The notes under the pieces: model-generated
Database searches by the model: none
What the model was told of the DNA's origin: nothing
Seen by the model: only the letters and a program-made list of their open reading frames with translations
Shown here: piece after piece, positions 14,605 to 26,403 of the stretch
Numbering within the stretch: the stretch's first letter is position 1
How the letters are laid out: each line of letters opens with the position of its first letter
Program-made: the position numbers and the translations under genes
Source of the DNA: Epiperipatus broadwayi
Lineage: Eukaryota > Animalia > Onychophora
Direction of reading: 5' to 3'
DNA: 64,000 nt
Assembly (NCBI GenBank): GCA_028023455.1
Contig: JAQFVV010000010.1
Coordinates: forward strand, 1,240,001-1,304,000

Positions 14605-15237
14605 ACCTATTATTATAAAGCACTGAAAACCTTGAAATCATTCAAAGGAAGTCAATCTCTGATAATGCGCTATTTCTTAAATATTATAAATATCCACACA
14701 CTCTCCTGCTGATAAGAATTTAAAAAACTTAAGTGAATCACTTAAGTTTAGAGCATACATTCAATATACACCATCTTTTACAGACCATTCTTAAATCAGG
14801 ACTTGAGTCTATTGTGTGCCATTTAACTCATCTCAGGAGGAAAACAGCTTCTCATTTTTAACCACCTATGATTAGACAAACATGTCTTATAAATGTAAAC
14901 CTATTATTATAAAGCATTATCAGAGATTGACTTCCATTTGAATAATTTCAAAGTTTCAGCACTTTATAATAATAGGTTTACCTTTATAAGTCATGTTTAT
15001 CTAATCGTAGATGATTAAAAATGAGATACTGTCTCCTGCGATGGGTTGAATAGATTTGTACAATTGAATATTTGATTATAATATCAGGCATACAATAGCC
15101 TCAAGACCTGATTTAAACAAAATCTGTAAGAGTCGATGTTATGGAATGTACACTAAATTCTTACCAGCAGGAGAGTGCATGGAGATTTATAATATTTAAG
15201 AAATAGCACATTATCGGAGATTGACTTCCATTTGAAC
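14605..15237. mobile_element. Non-coding insertion: inverted + partial-tandem array of a ~294-bp unit with 13-bp TSD (PLE/retrozyme-like architecture)
   Basis: Left arm 14605-14916 is the unit plus a restart (aaacctattattataaagca at 14603 and 14897). Right arm 14914-15237 is the reverse complement of a permuted array. Direct repeat tcttttaactgaa at 14592-14604 and 15238-15250. Confidence 0.75.
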
Positions 15238-18200
15238 TCTTTTAACTGAATAATTTTTTTTTTGCTTGGAATTCTAAAAGTTGTGAACTGCTTTATTCTA
15301 AAATACTTTATTTCTAAAAACTACTATGAGAATTGAAATCTGTAAACTATAGAATTTATATAAAAATTCTTTAAGAAGACAGAGGTAGTTGTAAAGAGAG
15401 GTTTGTAAACCTTACATGCATAAAGATTATCTACATAAATAAAATGATTACTATAAAAGCTGAAATATTGCTAACAGAGCCTGTCTGCTAAGTAATTTGA
15501 AACAAAGATTTTCATAACATGGTTGGTGTGCATTTAATCAAGAAACAATGAGAATCCAGAAATTTTAAAAAAATCATAATTAAAGGAATGATGAGTCTTC
15601 TGAATGACAATTATGTAAAAAGATATATGATTAATTTAAAGAACCAGTTCTGATTTTAATATATCCCAATGTTTAGTTAAAGCAATTTTATTGTGTCTTC
15701 AAATTTAAGAGAAGAATATTTTGAAAAGAGTTTACCCAGCACTTGAAGTTTTTTATTATAGTGCATACAAATGCAGCCATTTGTATACATTTTGAAAGTC
15801 AATATCTACACCTTTTTAGTTCTGCTGTGGCTATGTCATAATAATGATAAAGTTCATGTTAACATATTTTATTTCATAACATTTTGTCTTACTTAATAAC
15901 CAGAAATTTATCAAACAATGAAGTCAGTTTTCCAAATGGAGAAATTCATTTCACCCTTCCTACTTTCAAGATAAGTTGGTGGGAAAACCATAGTCCATCC
16001 ACCTCATACAATAATGAGATAATGTGAATCAAAAATACAAACTAACATTTATATATTTATCATATGGATTACTGATCACAGGTCAACTAAAATTCAACTT
16101 TAAAGAACACAGCTTGACAGACAATTCTTTCAGATGGCTAAAATAAGAACCTTTTACACTTTTCTTGATTGTGAATTGATCATTCCACTTGTATCCTACA
16201 CAACATATTAAGAACATTGAAATTTATAAATTATGAGAAAAGTAAATATTATGTGGAAATATATATTAAAAAGTTTCATAAAAAGAAAGTGAATTGCTGA
16301 GACATAAAGAGACACAAATACCATTTATTAACAGAACATTGGTAGGTTATTAATACATTAAAATTTTTTTAATTATAAGCAAAAAATTGTAAAAGTAAAC
16401 TAAACATAAGATTTAAAAATAGACTAAAAGCAAATTATTAGTTGTCATTTTAAATATAAATGTTTTTTATTTGTATATATTTGTACAAATTATTATTTAT
16501 ACATAATATTAGAATTTAAATCATCATTGGTTGGTTTAAAACTGAAAGTAACTTCACACTTGCCAGATATATATGTCAGTCATCTGTAAAAACATTTAGC
16601 AATAAATTTCTGATTGATTAAATAAATTCATGCTTTATAGCATTGTAGACAATTCTCCTGATATATGATCAATTTTAACTTTAAAATGCACTGTTATTTG
16701 CTGAAGCTGGAAGTCTATTTAATTTTTTATTATTAATAAGATTTTTTAATATTAATAAAAGTTAAATTATTAATTAATATAGTATTATATTATGAAAATT
16801 TCTAAATTTTAATTTCTGTGATATGACTATCTGTGTTATGATTGAAATATAACAAATTTGGGTTTTGGAACTTCAAATGCTGAATACCTAAAAACATGAT
16901 AGACAAATATTTACATAATAATTGAAATGAAATGTCAAGTAGTTTATAAACTGTTGATTAAATATATGTGATATAAAAGTTTAATTTCCTTGATTAAAAA
17001 AACAGAGGGAAAAAGTAAAGTAAAATTAATTTATATAAATCATTCAACTTTTACTCTCTTGACTTCCTGTCCAAGAAAAAAAATCATTTTTACTGACATT
17101 ATAATTTATTATTAAATTACAATAATTAAGTATTAGAACCCATAAGTAATGTTTATATAATAGTCATAATTTAGTAATCCTCTGAAATTAAGATTATACA
17201 AGCTAAATTAAATTGAAAAATGTACTAAGAACTTTAGCTCTATAGAGGTTGAGGGGGAAAATAGTTGTAAAACCATTAATGCTCAGATAATAAATAAATA
17301 AAATAGTGGTTAATATTTTCAGTGATGTTAGAAAATATCCAATAAAACTGTAGATTAATATTGTCATTTGCTGATCAAAACTGTTCTATATGTAAATCAA
17401 CTTCATATAATAAAAAAAATTACAATCTTTCTTTAAAAAATTCCCAAAACCATTATTTTAGAAGCATATATATAATACTTCAAGATTAACACTTATGCAG
17501 CTTTTACAACAAGTAATTGAAATGTTCTCTAACCACAGAATAAGATGACAATTTTTATAATAAAAGAACAATTCTGCTTTATATCATTACCCAAAAAATG
17601 GGACCAATTTTTAATATAAAAATTGTCTTATGCTATGGTTAGAGGACATTTCAATTATCTATTACAAGAGTTGCATGTTGTATTATGTGTATATATATTT
17701 ATATATCAATGGAATATTTTACATTACAAATTTTATTATAGTATCTAAGAAGTCATAATGTATTCATTATAATACAGATGGAAAGATGATTTTTGCCAAT
17801 ATTGCAAAATATTTGAATCTTTTAATCAATTAACTACAATAACTGAATAACAAATGTGCAGTCAATTCCTAAGCAAACAAATATAACCATATTCATATTC
17901 ATTGAAGTTTTTAAAACATTATGTGTCAGTTGCATATGTGTGTGTTTTATGAAAACTTTTGAAGTCACAAGTAATATATATATATATATTTAAAAAGTAT
18001 TTTATTTGTAATATATTGAATTAGTAATAAAATAAAATATGATATGACTATATCAGTATACATTACTTTAGTTATGTGTTATCTGTGGAAAAGTGTAAAT
18101 AAACAAAAAAAAAATTAAAGTTTATAAATTTAATGATACAGCAGCAGCAATTTTCTTTTGTTTTGGAGCATTGAATATGATCATATTTGTTGATAGTATA

Positions 18201-19415
18201 TCTTCCAGTTATCTTAAAATCAACTGTTTATTCATTACAATTTTTTGTTCCCAAAAATTTTTATATGATACAGTAAATTTAAGAAAAGTTATATAAAATC
18301 TTTCTTAAGCAATAAAATAAAATTTATTAATTTAATAATGGAACAAACAAATAATTAGTATACCATTCTTATATTGTGTCAGAAAGCTTAAAGTTTATAT
18401 AAAAAAACTTCCCAAAAAAACTGAAATGGGTAACTGTAAATAGGAATATAGGTACTATAATCAGTATGGATTTAAAAACTATCAAAACAATTAGGTAAGT
18501 CATAGTCTGCTGTTAACAAGATTGAGATTATATTTCCATAGAAAAAAAAGTTAATAAAATAGAAGATATTTTTCAAACTGTGCTAACTTGCAGTGAAACT
18601 GGATTATTCTGTTATATCAATGGCTTGAAAAAACTAAAATTTGATACTTCAATGTTTATTTTATTTTCAAAAAATAAAGACATGGTACAGTAATTTTTTT
18701 TATTTTTTTTGAGTAAAGGTCAATGTGTGAACACACACAGTAAATATTTATATAAATTTGCTTTTTCAGTTTATTATTAATTACTTTGTATATGCGTGTT
18801 GTTAGTATATATTGTAACCTAAGCTTGTAATCAAAAATGTGAGCTATTATATGTGAAATACAATATAATTGAAGGGTGCTAAAAAATAAAATATATATTC
18901 ATGGCTTCATTATATATCACTTTACAAACTTACATTGGTTTTTAATTTTCTAAAAGTTATCAGATGAAAGTAGGACTAAAGATAAATACTAAAAAAACGA
19001 TTAATATTCAGTGGATTTTCTCAGAAAAAGATAATAAAGGATGATAATCATGAATTAAAAGTTAACAATAACAAATACTTTAATCAAATAGTTAATAGAT
19101 AAAAATAATCATAGAAATAATCTTGTATAGAGTACTTTTGGTAGAAATAACACAATATTTCAAGGAAATATGCCTATGTATTTGGAAAGGAATATATTTT
19201 ATAGGTGTTTTAATGAGTTCTAATAACAAATTTGGGATTTGGACATTTAACAGTAAAGTACTTCAAACCATTCAACAAAATATGAAAAGATGTATGTTGA
19301 AAGTAGTAAGAAGGAACCAAAATTGAAATATAAAAACAGGCAAAAACTCTATACGTATTGCCATTCAGTGCAAGCCAGAGTAATCAATGGATTCTAGAAG
19401 GCTTGTGTATAAAAT

Positions 19416-19485
19416 CTCCATCTAGTGCCTACTCACCCAATATCCCCAGAGTAGTTTCTGGCTTGTGGCCTTCATCAGTGAGGAG
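19416..19485 (-). ncRNA. Degenerate type I hammerhead ribozyme motif
   Basis: Minus strand: ctcctca CTGATGA a GGC cacaa GCC a GAAA CTACTC-14nt-GAGTAG g c actagatggag. Core boxes and stems II/III are present, U16.1 is replaced by G and stem I is poor, so this is probably an inactive relic. Confidence 0.5.
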
Positions 19486-19548
19486 CCTTGAATCTGAGAG
19501 CACTGCATCTAGGTCTGGCTTGTACTGAATGGCAATATGTATAGAGAG

Positions 19549-19656
19549 TTTTTTTTTTTTTTTAAGTGTCATAGCATCGGCCGGGACGCGAACCCGCAAC
19601 CCGGGCAACTGCCTGCTAGTGCAAGGCAGTTGCGCTGACCTCTCGACCACCAATGC
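19549..19656 (-). mobile_element. Short tRNA-derived SINE with poly-A tail, copy 1
   Basis: Minus strand: acceptor stem GCATTGG/CCGATGC (tRNA-Gly-like), A-box TGGTCGAGAGG, B-box GGTTCGCGTCC, enlarged anticodon hairpin aactgcct/aggcagtt, then tatgacactt and A15. Homologue at 40270-40380. Confidence 0.8.
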
Positions 19657-20626
19657 AAGACTATGTAAGCATAAGAAATAGTGATCATGTGATGTTTATT
19701 GGCTTAAAATTGAAATATGTTAGATAACAAACAGTATCACTAATACCATTGAAAAAGTAAAGAAACTGAAAATGGAACCGATTAGATATATTGCTAGAAA
19801 TGATGATAAGAGATAGACCATTGAAATCTTCTTAATAAATTGTATAAGATGTGGGGAAAAATATTTGAAAAGAATGTATAAAATAAAAAAGTTTACTAGT
19901 GTGTTGTGGAAAAGAGAGATATTATGCATTGGAGAAAGTGGATTAAATTTAGAGAGATTTTAATTTTGCAGTTGATCAATAATGTTTAAAAATGATGATA
20001 ATAATGATGACTCTTCACAATACTCTATAAAATTTAATATTTTTATGAGTTAATTTTTATATTTGAGCTCACTGAATATTATGGTGTTGCTATGAATATA
20101 AAGTATTAGAATAAAATATGTTAAGGTCTTATCAAGTATTGCAAACTATTATCAATGGTTTCAATGAACATAAAATTTAATATAAGTATAAGCATTTTAA
20201 TGATGTAAAGAGATTATTAAAATTATAATGTACTTCTAGTATTATTATATTACAACAAATTGTATTTAAAAAGTGACAATGAATTATAAAAATATAATTT
20301 GCACTGAAATAGAAAAATCGAATACAGATTATTGTTGGAGAGGGGAAAGTTCTGTCTTCATTATGAAACATTTTTGCACAATTACTATTAATTAATTGTA
20401 TAAAACCCAAAATCTCTTTTTACTTCACAAAACAGAATTTCTCTGACAATATACTTAGGCTTAAAAAATATTTCAGAACAACTTTACAACATTATAAGTC
20501 AGAAGTGAGACATTAGAACTTAATAGTAAAAAAATATTCAGTAATCAGCTAAAATCAAAAGGTTACAGTTAAAATTATAAAAATAAATAGAACTATTTTT
20601 TTTAATAACAAATGCATTTATTCATT

Positions 20627-20817
20627 AATTGTTTATTTAACTGCAATTTGGCTTTTTATATTTAACTTGAAATAAAAGTATGGAGGTAGTCCAGAAATTA
20701 ATTAAACCAATGTCTTGTTATAAAAATATTGACTTAATTAATTTCTGGACCATCACCCTCTTCATACTTTGATTTCAAATTAAATATAAAAACCACAATT
20801 GTGATTAAAAAAACAAT
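20627..20817. mobile_element. Foldback MITE-like palindrome
   Basis: Imperfect ~85-bp arms (...atatttaacttgaaataaaagtatg...gtccagaaattaattaa / ttaattaatttctggac...catactttgatttcaaattaaatat...). A related half copy lies at ~60445-60545. Confidence 0.6.
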
Positions 20818-21057
20818 AATTTTTTTGTTTTTAGTGCACAATAAATAAAAGCATTTATTATTTTAAAAAATCTGCCTATTTATTTTTAACTTTTTAGTAG
20901 TGGCATAGAAAATAAAAGTGTTTATTATAAAATATTTTTCTATATATTATTGCTAACTATTTAGTATAGAGATCTTTTTCATAATTATTTCAATTTCAGT
21001 TAAAACAAATCATAAAAGCACATGACCACCATCTCTTATACTAGCACATAATTGTTA

Positions 21058-21149
21058 TTAAACAAGGCAAAACTCTCCATACAGTAGTGCCACTCTGTGC
21101 CAACCAGAGTAATCAATGGATGCCATATGGAGAGTTTTGCCTTGTTTAA
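21058..21149. repeat. 92-bp hairpin element related to the 19.3-kb element termini
   Basis: Perfect 24-bp stem ttaaacaaggcaaaactctccata / tatggagagttttgccttgtttaa. The loop contains ccagagtaatcaatggat, also present at ~19374-19391. Confidence 0.8.
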
Positions 21150-21568
21150 AGAATAAAAGCAGTCTGGGTAATATTTAAAATTTATTTTAATGATCTCTTA
21201 AAATTTAAATAAAAACAAATATTGATTTTTTTTAAAAATGTTTGTTAAAAAAATGTTCTTCTGCATAAAAGCATGACTAGGGCTTAGTAGGAGAATAAAA
21301 AAATTCAATATACTTAAAAGAAATAACAAGGAATAATTCAATGTGTATTCTTTCAAATTTTTACCCAGAAACATCATGAACAAACTTGCAATCTATAATC
21401 TACCTGTTATGCACTCTGATAGCTTGAATTTTTATCATTAGCACTTACCATCAGCTTTCATTCTTGAAAATAAATATTAAACATGCATTGACAGAATTAG
21501 TTTAGTCATCATGGTTATGCAATGTTAGAGTATGATTTTTTTTATTTACATCTTATTAACAGATATAA

Positions 21569-21742
21569 GCTATTGACATTAATGAGTATTTGGTAATAAA
21601 TAATGTTAAAGAAATAATTTTTGATATAAGTAACATCCCATGGTAGCTTAGATTTATAAACAATTTTAAATTTGATGTTCCTGTTGCAAGATGGAACAGT
21701 CGCTGTTCACTGGCTCCACAAGAATATTCAAGATGGGAATTG
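21569..21742 (+). pseudogene. Protein-like frame / putative exon of unknown product
   Basis: AIDINEYLVINNVKEIIFDISNIPW*LRFINNFKFDVPVARWNSRCSLAPQEYSRWEL with one stop (21644-21646), followed by a strong donor G|GTAAGA at 21743. A possible shorter exon spans 21652-21742 (ttag acceptor). Confidence 0.3.
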
Positions 21743-21931
21743 GTAAGAAGATGCATGATAAAACAAAAGTAGTTATTTGTTTAAATCTTTTACACCTTTT
21801 CAAGAAATTTTAAGTCAGGATAATTCAATTTATCAATCGTTTTATTCTATGCAAATGACCACCATTAATCAAGTGAAAGTTAATATAAGTAATTACTAGA
21901 ATCATTAAGACAAGATTAAAACTGAGAAAGT

Positions 21932-22021
21932 GAATTTAAAATGTAATCTAATAATTCAAAATAGGAATTAAATAAACGAATTTAAAATGTAATCTAATAA
22001 CTCAAAATAGGAATTAATAAC
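21932..22021. repeat. 46-bp-period tandem duplication
   Basis: gaatttaaaatgtaatctaataa(t/c)tcaaaataggaatta at 21932 and 21978. Confidence 0.85.
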
Positions 22022-22849
22022 AAAAATCCTAATTTTGATGATGGAACTAATTTAAAACGATTAGAAAATTAATGCTTGTAAAAATAAAAGTGAAGAAAAA
22101 ATGTTGAACAATGATATTCCTGAGAATTCAAATGTAACTCCTGATACCAAGAAATAAAACTGCTTTCAACAACTACAAACCAGTCAGGGAGGACGGAAAA
22201 CAGTTGAAGAAACATGTCAGATGTAAAGATTAATCAAAACCATGGAAAAATATTTTTCAAATGTTAAATTGTTCATAAAGGAAAAATAATGACATTGTGA
22301 TGTAAAACCGGAAGTGGTCGTAAGCGGCAAAACTTTGCAGGAAAGAAAATTATTTTAAATGTTAATTCGATCTCAAATTAAGAATTAAACATTATGGATA
22401 ATGATTTAAGTTACCTCCCTGCATAAAAATTATAAATTTATGATGATTAGATCAAAAGTTATTGGGCCACTCCCAGTGTGATTGGGACACCACAAAAAAT
22501 AAAATTTTTTCAAAAAAGTTTCAAATTGACTTAGAATTATGACGAAGTGAATTAGAAGATAAAAAACAATGATTTAGAGATAAAAATTGATTTATAGGAT
22601 GTTATAGGCCTAGACAGAAACATAAGCGGTTCATTATTCAATCCCTTTAGATTTAAATTATTAAGAAAAACCCAAAAAATAAATACAAATCATTAGATTT
22701 TATAATTGGAACTTTAAGAATCAAGAATTAGAACTCAACTTGGATTAGAAGAACTCAATAGGATCAGTAAAGCAGAATCACAATTGAAATTTTGTCACAA
22801 TCTAGTTCAGAACAAGGTTATATAATATGAACTGGATCATGAACCCTGA

Positions 22850-23750
22850 GGACTTAATGGGACCATGAGACCAATTGTTTTTTTTTTCCTTTTGGGTTTC
22901 AGTCTCAAGGGTAGAGGCAATGGCCATAAAGGATTTGGTGATTGGCAGGATCAGTCAGTGATCATTGCTGCACCCAGGTTTGGGGATGATCTGGTAAGGT
23001 TCTCGTGACCCTCCCTGATTTGCTTGGTGTTCCGGATAGGCTGAACTAACATGCCCAGATAAATTGCAATCCACTTATGGCAGGGGCCAAAGTGGTTTAA
23101 CCTTGACCAAGGATTGGGTCTGGGTTCTTGCTAAACTGAGTTCTGGCTGACGGGTCATAGATGGAGTCTGGGGGGTTGCCTGGGGACATGCCAGGCAGGT
23201 TGAGAGTCGATTGTCCTGCATAGACATTGTCTTGAATGGACGTCGCAACCCCTTGATTGACTGACATTTAATCTGTCATAATTTATGTCCTTGTTTTGGT
23301 GTTTTTTTCTAGATGTTTATACTCCAAATGTATTTTTTTTTATCAGATACCTGTAATACCTATTCTATTGGACAAGGCGGTTATATTGCTTTGAGCTACC
23401 ACCCAGTTGTAGAATATAAATGCATCATTGTAGCCTCTATTGCCCATTTCCACAGGTGACAGAATATGGCCCCTGCACAGGTGGATTATACTTTAGTGAC
23501 TTAATAAAGTTGCTTTGAAACATAGTCATAAATTTAAAAATATCAATGTATTGTAATTGACCTAAATGTGAATAAATTTGATTTTGTAAGTAAAATGCTA
23601 TACTCTTAAAATTTGGATCATTTATCATTTAAAATAAACAACTCATTGCATTGCCTGCACCATTATGATTGTGGTTTAATAATGTAAATTTATTCTACTG
23701 TATATATGTTAATATTTGTATATAATTTGTTACCAATAAAGTTTTTATTA
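22850..23750. mobile_element. Unclassified decayed retroelement-like segment
   Basis: GC-richer block 22850-23280 and a poly-A-signal-like plus-strand end at ~23735-23770. No decisive domain was recognised. Confidence 0.25.
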
Positions 23751-26403
23751 TTAAAAAATGTAAAAAAATTTTTTTATATTTTTTTGAAGGAGAAGCTTAT
23801 TCATGTGATAACTCATATTGACAATCATCAACTACTGAATTGAAGTCATCCTTTTCTCTGTTTCACTTTGGAGTTAGTTGGCAATTCATCTGTTTTAGAA
23901 ATATGTCACTCTATAAGTCCTAAATGACCCACATTGATATCTTATTTTCCAAAAATTCTTCTATTTTATATACAAGTTTTGAACATTTAACAGAAGACCA
24001 ATACAGACTTAAGATTATTCAACAAAATGTTAAGAGAAAAAGAGATTGAAAATGATGTATTGGTTGAGAGAACAAATTGCTATCATTTACAACATTGAAA
24101 TAATTAGGAGACTAAAATAGAGCTGTGTTTGTACATGTTTTCAGAAGAGATAATAAATGAACCTTTGAAGTCTTAAAGTGAATCTTAAGAGATTGTGAAA
24201 GAGCTAAAAAATTACATATGAGATAGATGGATAAAATAAGGAAGTTTGTTGTGTGATATTGGAAAAACTTTCATTCTGTAATAGACTGACATTGGTTAAA
24301 AATGACAATCATCATCACTCATATTCTATAAATTCACTCATAATCATTTAATTAATAAACTTTCTCTTCTTTTATTTATCATAAAGTTAATTTTAAAAAT
24401 CAATTTACCTTAACAAATTTATTTGTAGATATTTACCAGCAAATATTTAATTAAAACAACCAATTTTAAATATAGTAAACATATTTCTAATTTTAAATAT
24501 TGAAATATGAAATAAATACTTTCTCTTTAAATTTTATTTCATTTAAAATAATATTCTATTATTATTCTAAGTATTATATTTACTAATAAAAAATTTCAAA
24601 GAAATATAGAATAGTAATAATAATAAACATTACTTTTTCCAGATAAAATTAAAATGACTTAAGATCACAATCAGTAAGAATATACTTTTTTAGTGAACTA
24701 TTAATTTTATTTTTATATTCTTAAAGAAACATATCAATACTTTATTTTGCTTCACAAATCTATTTGGTGTTTTGAAAAGTTGTTTAAAATAAAACATCAT
24801 TTTCAACTGATCTATTACAGATTATTGAAGGTTTTTCGAAGTTTAATTGAATTTATTTAATCTCTATTCTCCACATCACAACAACAAACTTCTTTACTGC
24901 ATTCATTTATCTTACATATGGTCTTTTTCTGGGTATTTTACAAACTTCTGGAATTTCATTCAAAATTTCAATTGTCCATCTATTATTATTTTTTCTAGCA
25001 ATATTGCCAGTCTAGATCTATTTCAGTCTCTTAACTTTTTCAACAATGTCTATAAGATCTATTTGTTTTATTATCCATATATTTCATTTTCAACCCATTC
25101 TTATTATTTCTAATATACATCTTCCATATTTTGTTGAGTGATCTGAAATCTTTGTATTGCTTTTCTATTAACTGTCCAAATCTCAGATCCATAAATAATA
25201 ATATGTAAAATATATTTATTATAAATCTTCCTTTTCAAACATTTAGATATATTTTTTTTTAATATTATTTATACCAAAAGCACTCCATCCAATTTTCTTA
25301 ATGTCTGCATCTGTGTTAATAATCTGACCAAGATATAATTGTTAATGTATTTTAATTCATCATTATCAATCTTTATTTTCATTTTCATTGAATATTATTT
25401 TAATCTTTTTAGCATATATCTTTATTCCTTATACCTTCTTCAAATAACTCTTGTAGTATTTTCTGAAGCTCTAAACCATTATTTGTAGAAACAATCTTAT
25501 CATATGAAAACCTAAATAACTAAAATAATCTCCATTTACTTTAATCCCTTAACTTCTCATTGCAGTCCACAAAATATTTTTTATAAAACTGTTGTAAAAT
25601 TTTTTGGAGATCCCGGAATCATTTTTGCTGTACATCCTTCTCAATATTAATCTTTTTATTATCACTATTTAATTTAATCAGTGATATTGCATTTTGATAA
25701 ATATATTTTGATGATCCAATGCTTTAATCATTAAAAAAGTGCTTATAGAATTAAATGTATTTTCATAAATTACAACACCAAAGTATAACAGTAACTTATA
25801 CTTATTAGGTAAAAACCACTTTTAAATCCAGTTTGTTCTTTTGATTGGTTAAAATTCAAAGTTTTCTGTAAACAAATTGTAATTATCTTGGTAAAAATTT
25901 TGTCTAGATCTGATGATAAAAGATATAAGTCTTAATTTTTAATATTTTCTTTATCATCTTTTGTAAGTATCAATATTATTATTGCATTTTCCCAATCATC
26001 TAGTACATCTTTATCATTTCAATATTTAGTGTAAAGCTTTGCCAACAATTTTTCTATTTCTTCACTTGCTTATTTTAAGATATTAATTATAATTCCATCA
26101 TTATCTTGAAATTTCCTCTTCTTAATAAATTTAAATGCATATCTCACCACTTCGTTTAAAAGTGTAGGTAATCTAGAAGATGTACTGATTACAGGATTTT
26201 TTGTCATTTATAGCTATATAATTCTTTATAGAACTCTTACATGCATTTCATGACATTTGCTCTCTTTTTAAATAATAGTTTCATCTTTTCTTCCTATTGC
26301 AGAAATATTTCCTACCAAATATTAAGATATTTTACATTTTTAAGACTTTTATTCACATCTGTAGCTTTTCTTGCTAATTCATAATTATATTTTCTTATAT
26401 AAT

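Larger units (their letters stand above)
19332..19705 (-). mobile_element. Composite insertion: tRNA-derived SINE + hammerhead-bearing inverted-repeat element, with 13-bp TSD
   Basis: aaaattgaaatat at 19319-19331 and 19706-19718. ~37-bp inverted arms (aaaactctatacgtattgccattcagtgcaagccaga / tctggcttgtactgaatggcaatatgtatagagagtttt). Removing the unit restores the host RTE. Confidence 0.7.
19095..20010 (+). mobile_element. RTE LINE 3' fragment, interrupted by the 19332-19705 insertion
   Basis: FKGNMPMYL-like segment and QTIQQNMKRCML before the insertion. EKVKKLKW-like segment after it, ending in a gatgataataatgatga tail at ~19995-20010. Confidence 0.7.

Noticed and set aside
19574-19656. Functional tRNA-Gly/Ala gene
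   Set aside because: Oversized anticodon arm, duplicated T-arm entry, non-canonical B-box, poly-A tail and a diverged second copy indicate a SINE
23437-23628. Gypsy integrase GPY/F tail (PPVQGPYSVT)
   Set aside because: Only a short motif, no LTR/PPT/integrase core, and the plus strand looks equally like a LINE 3' end
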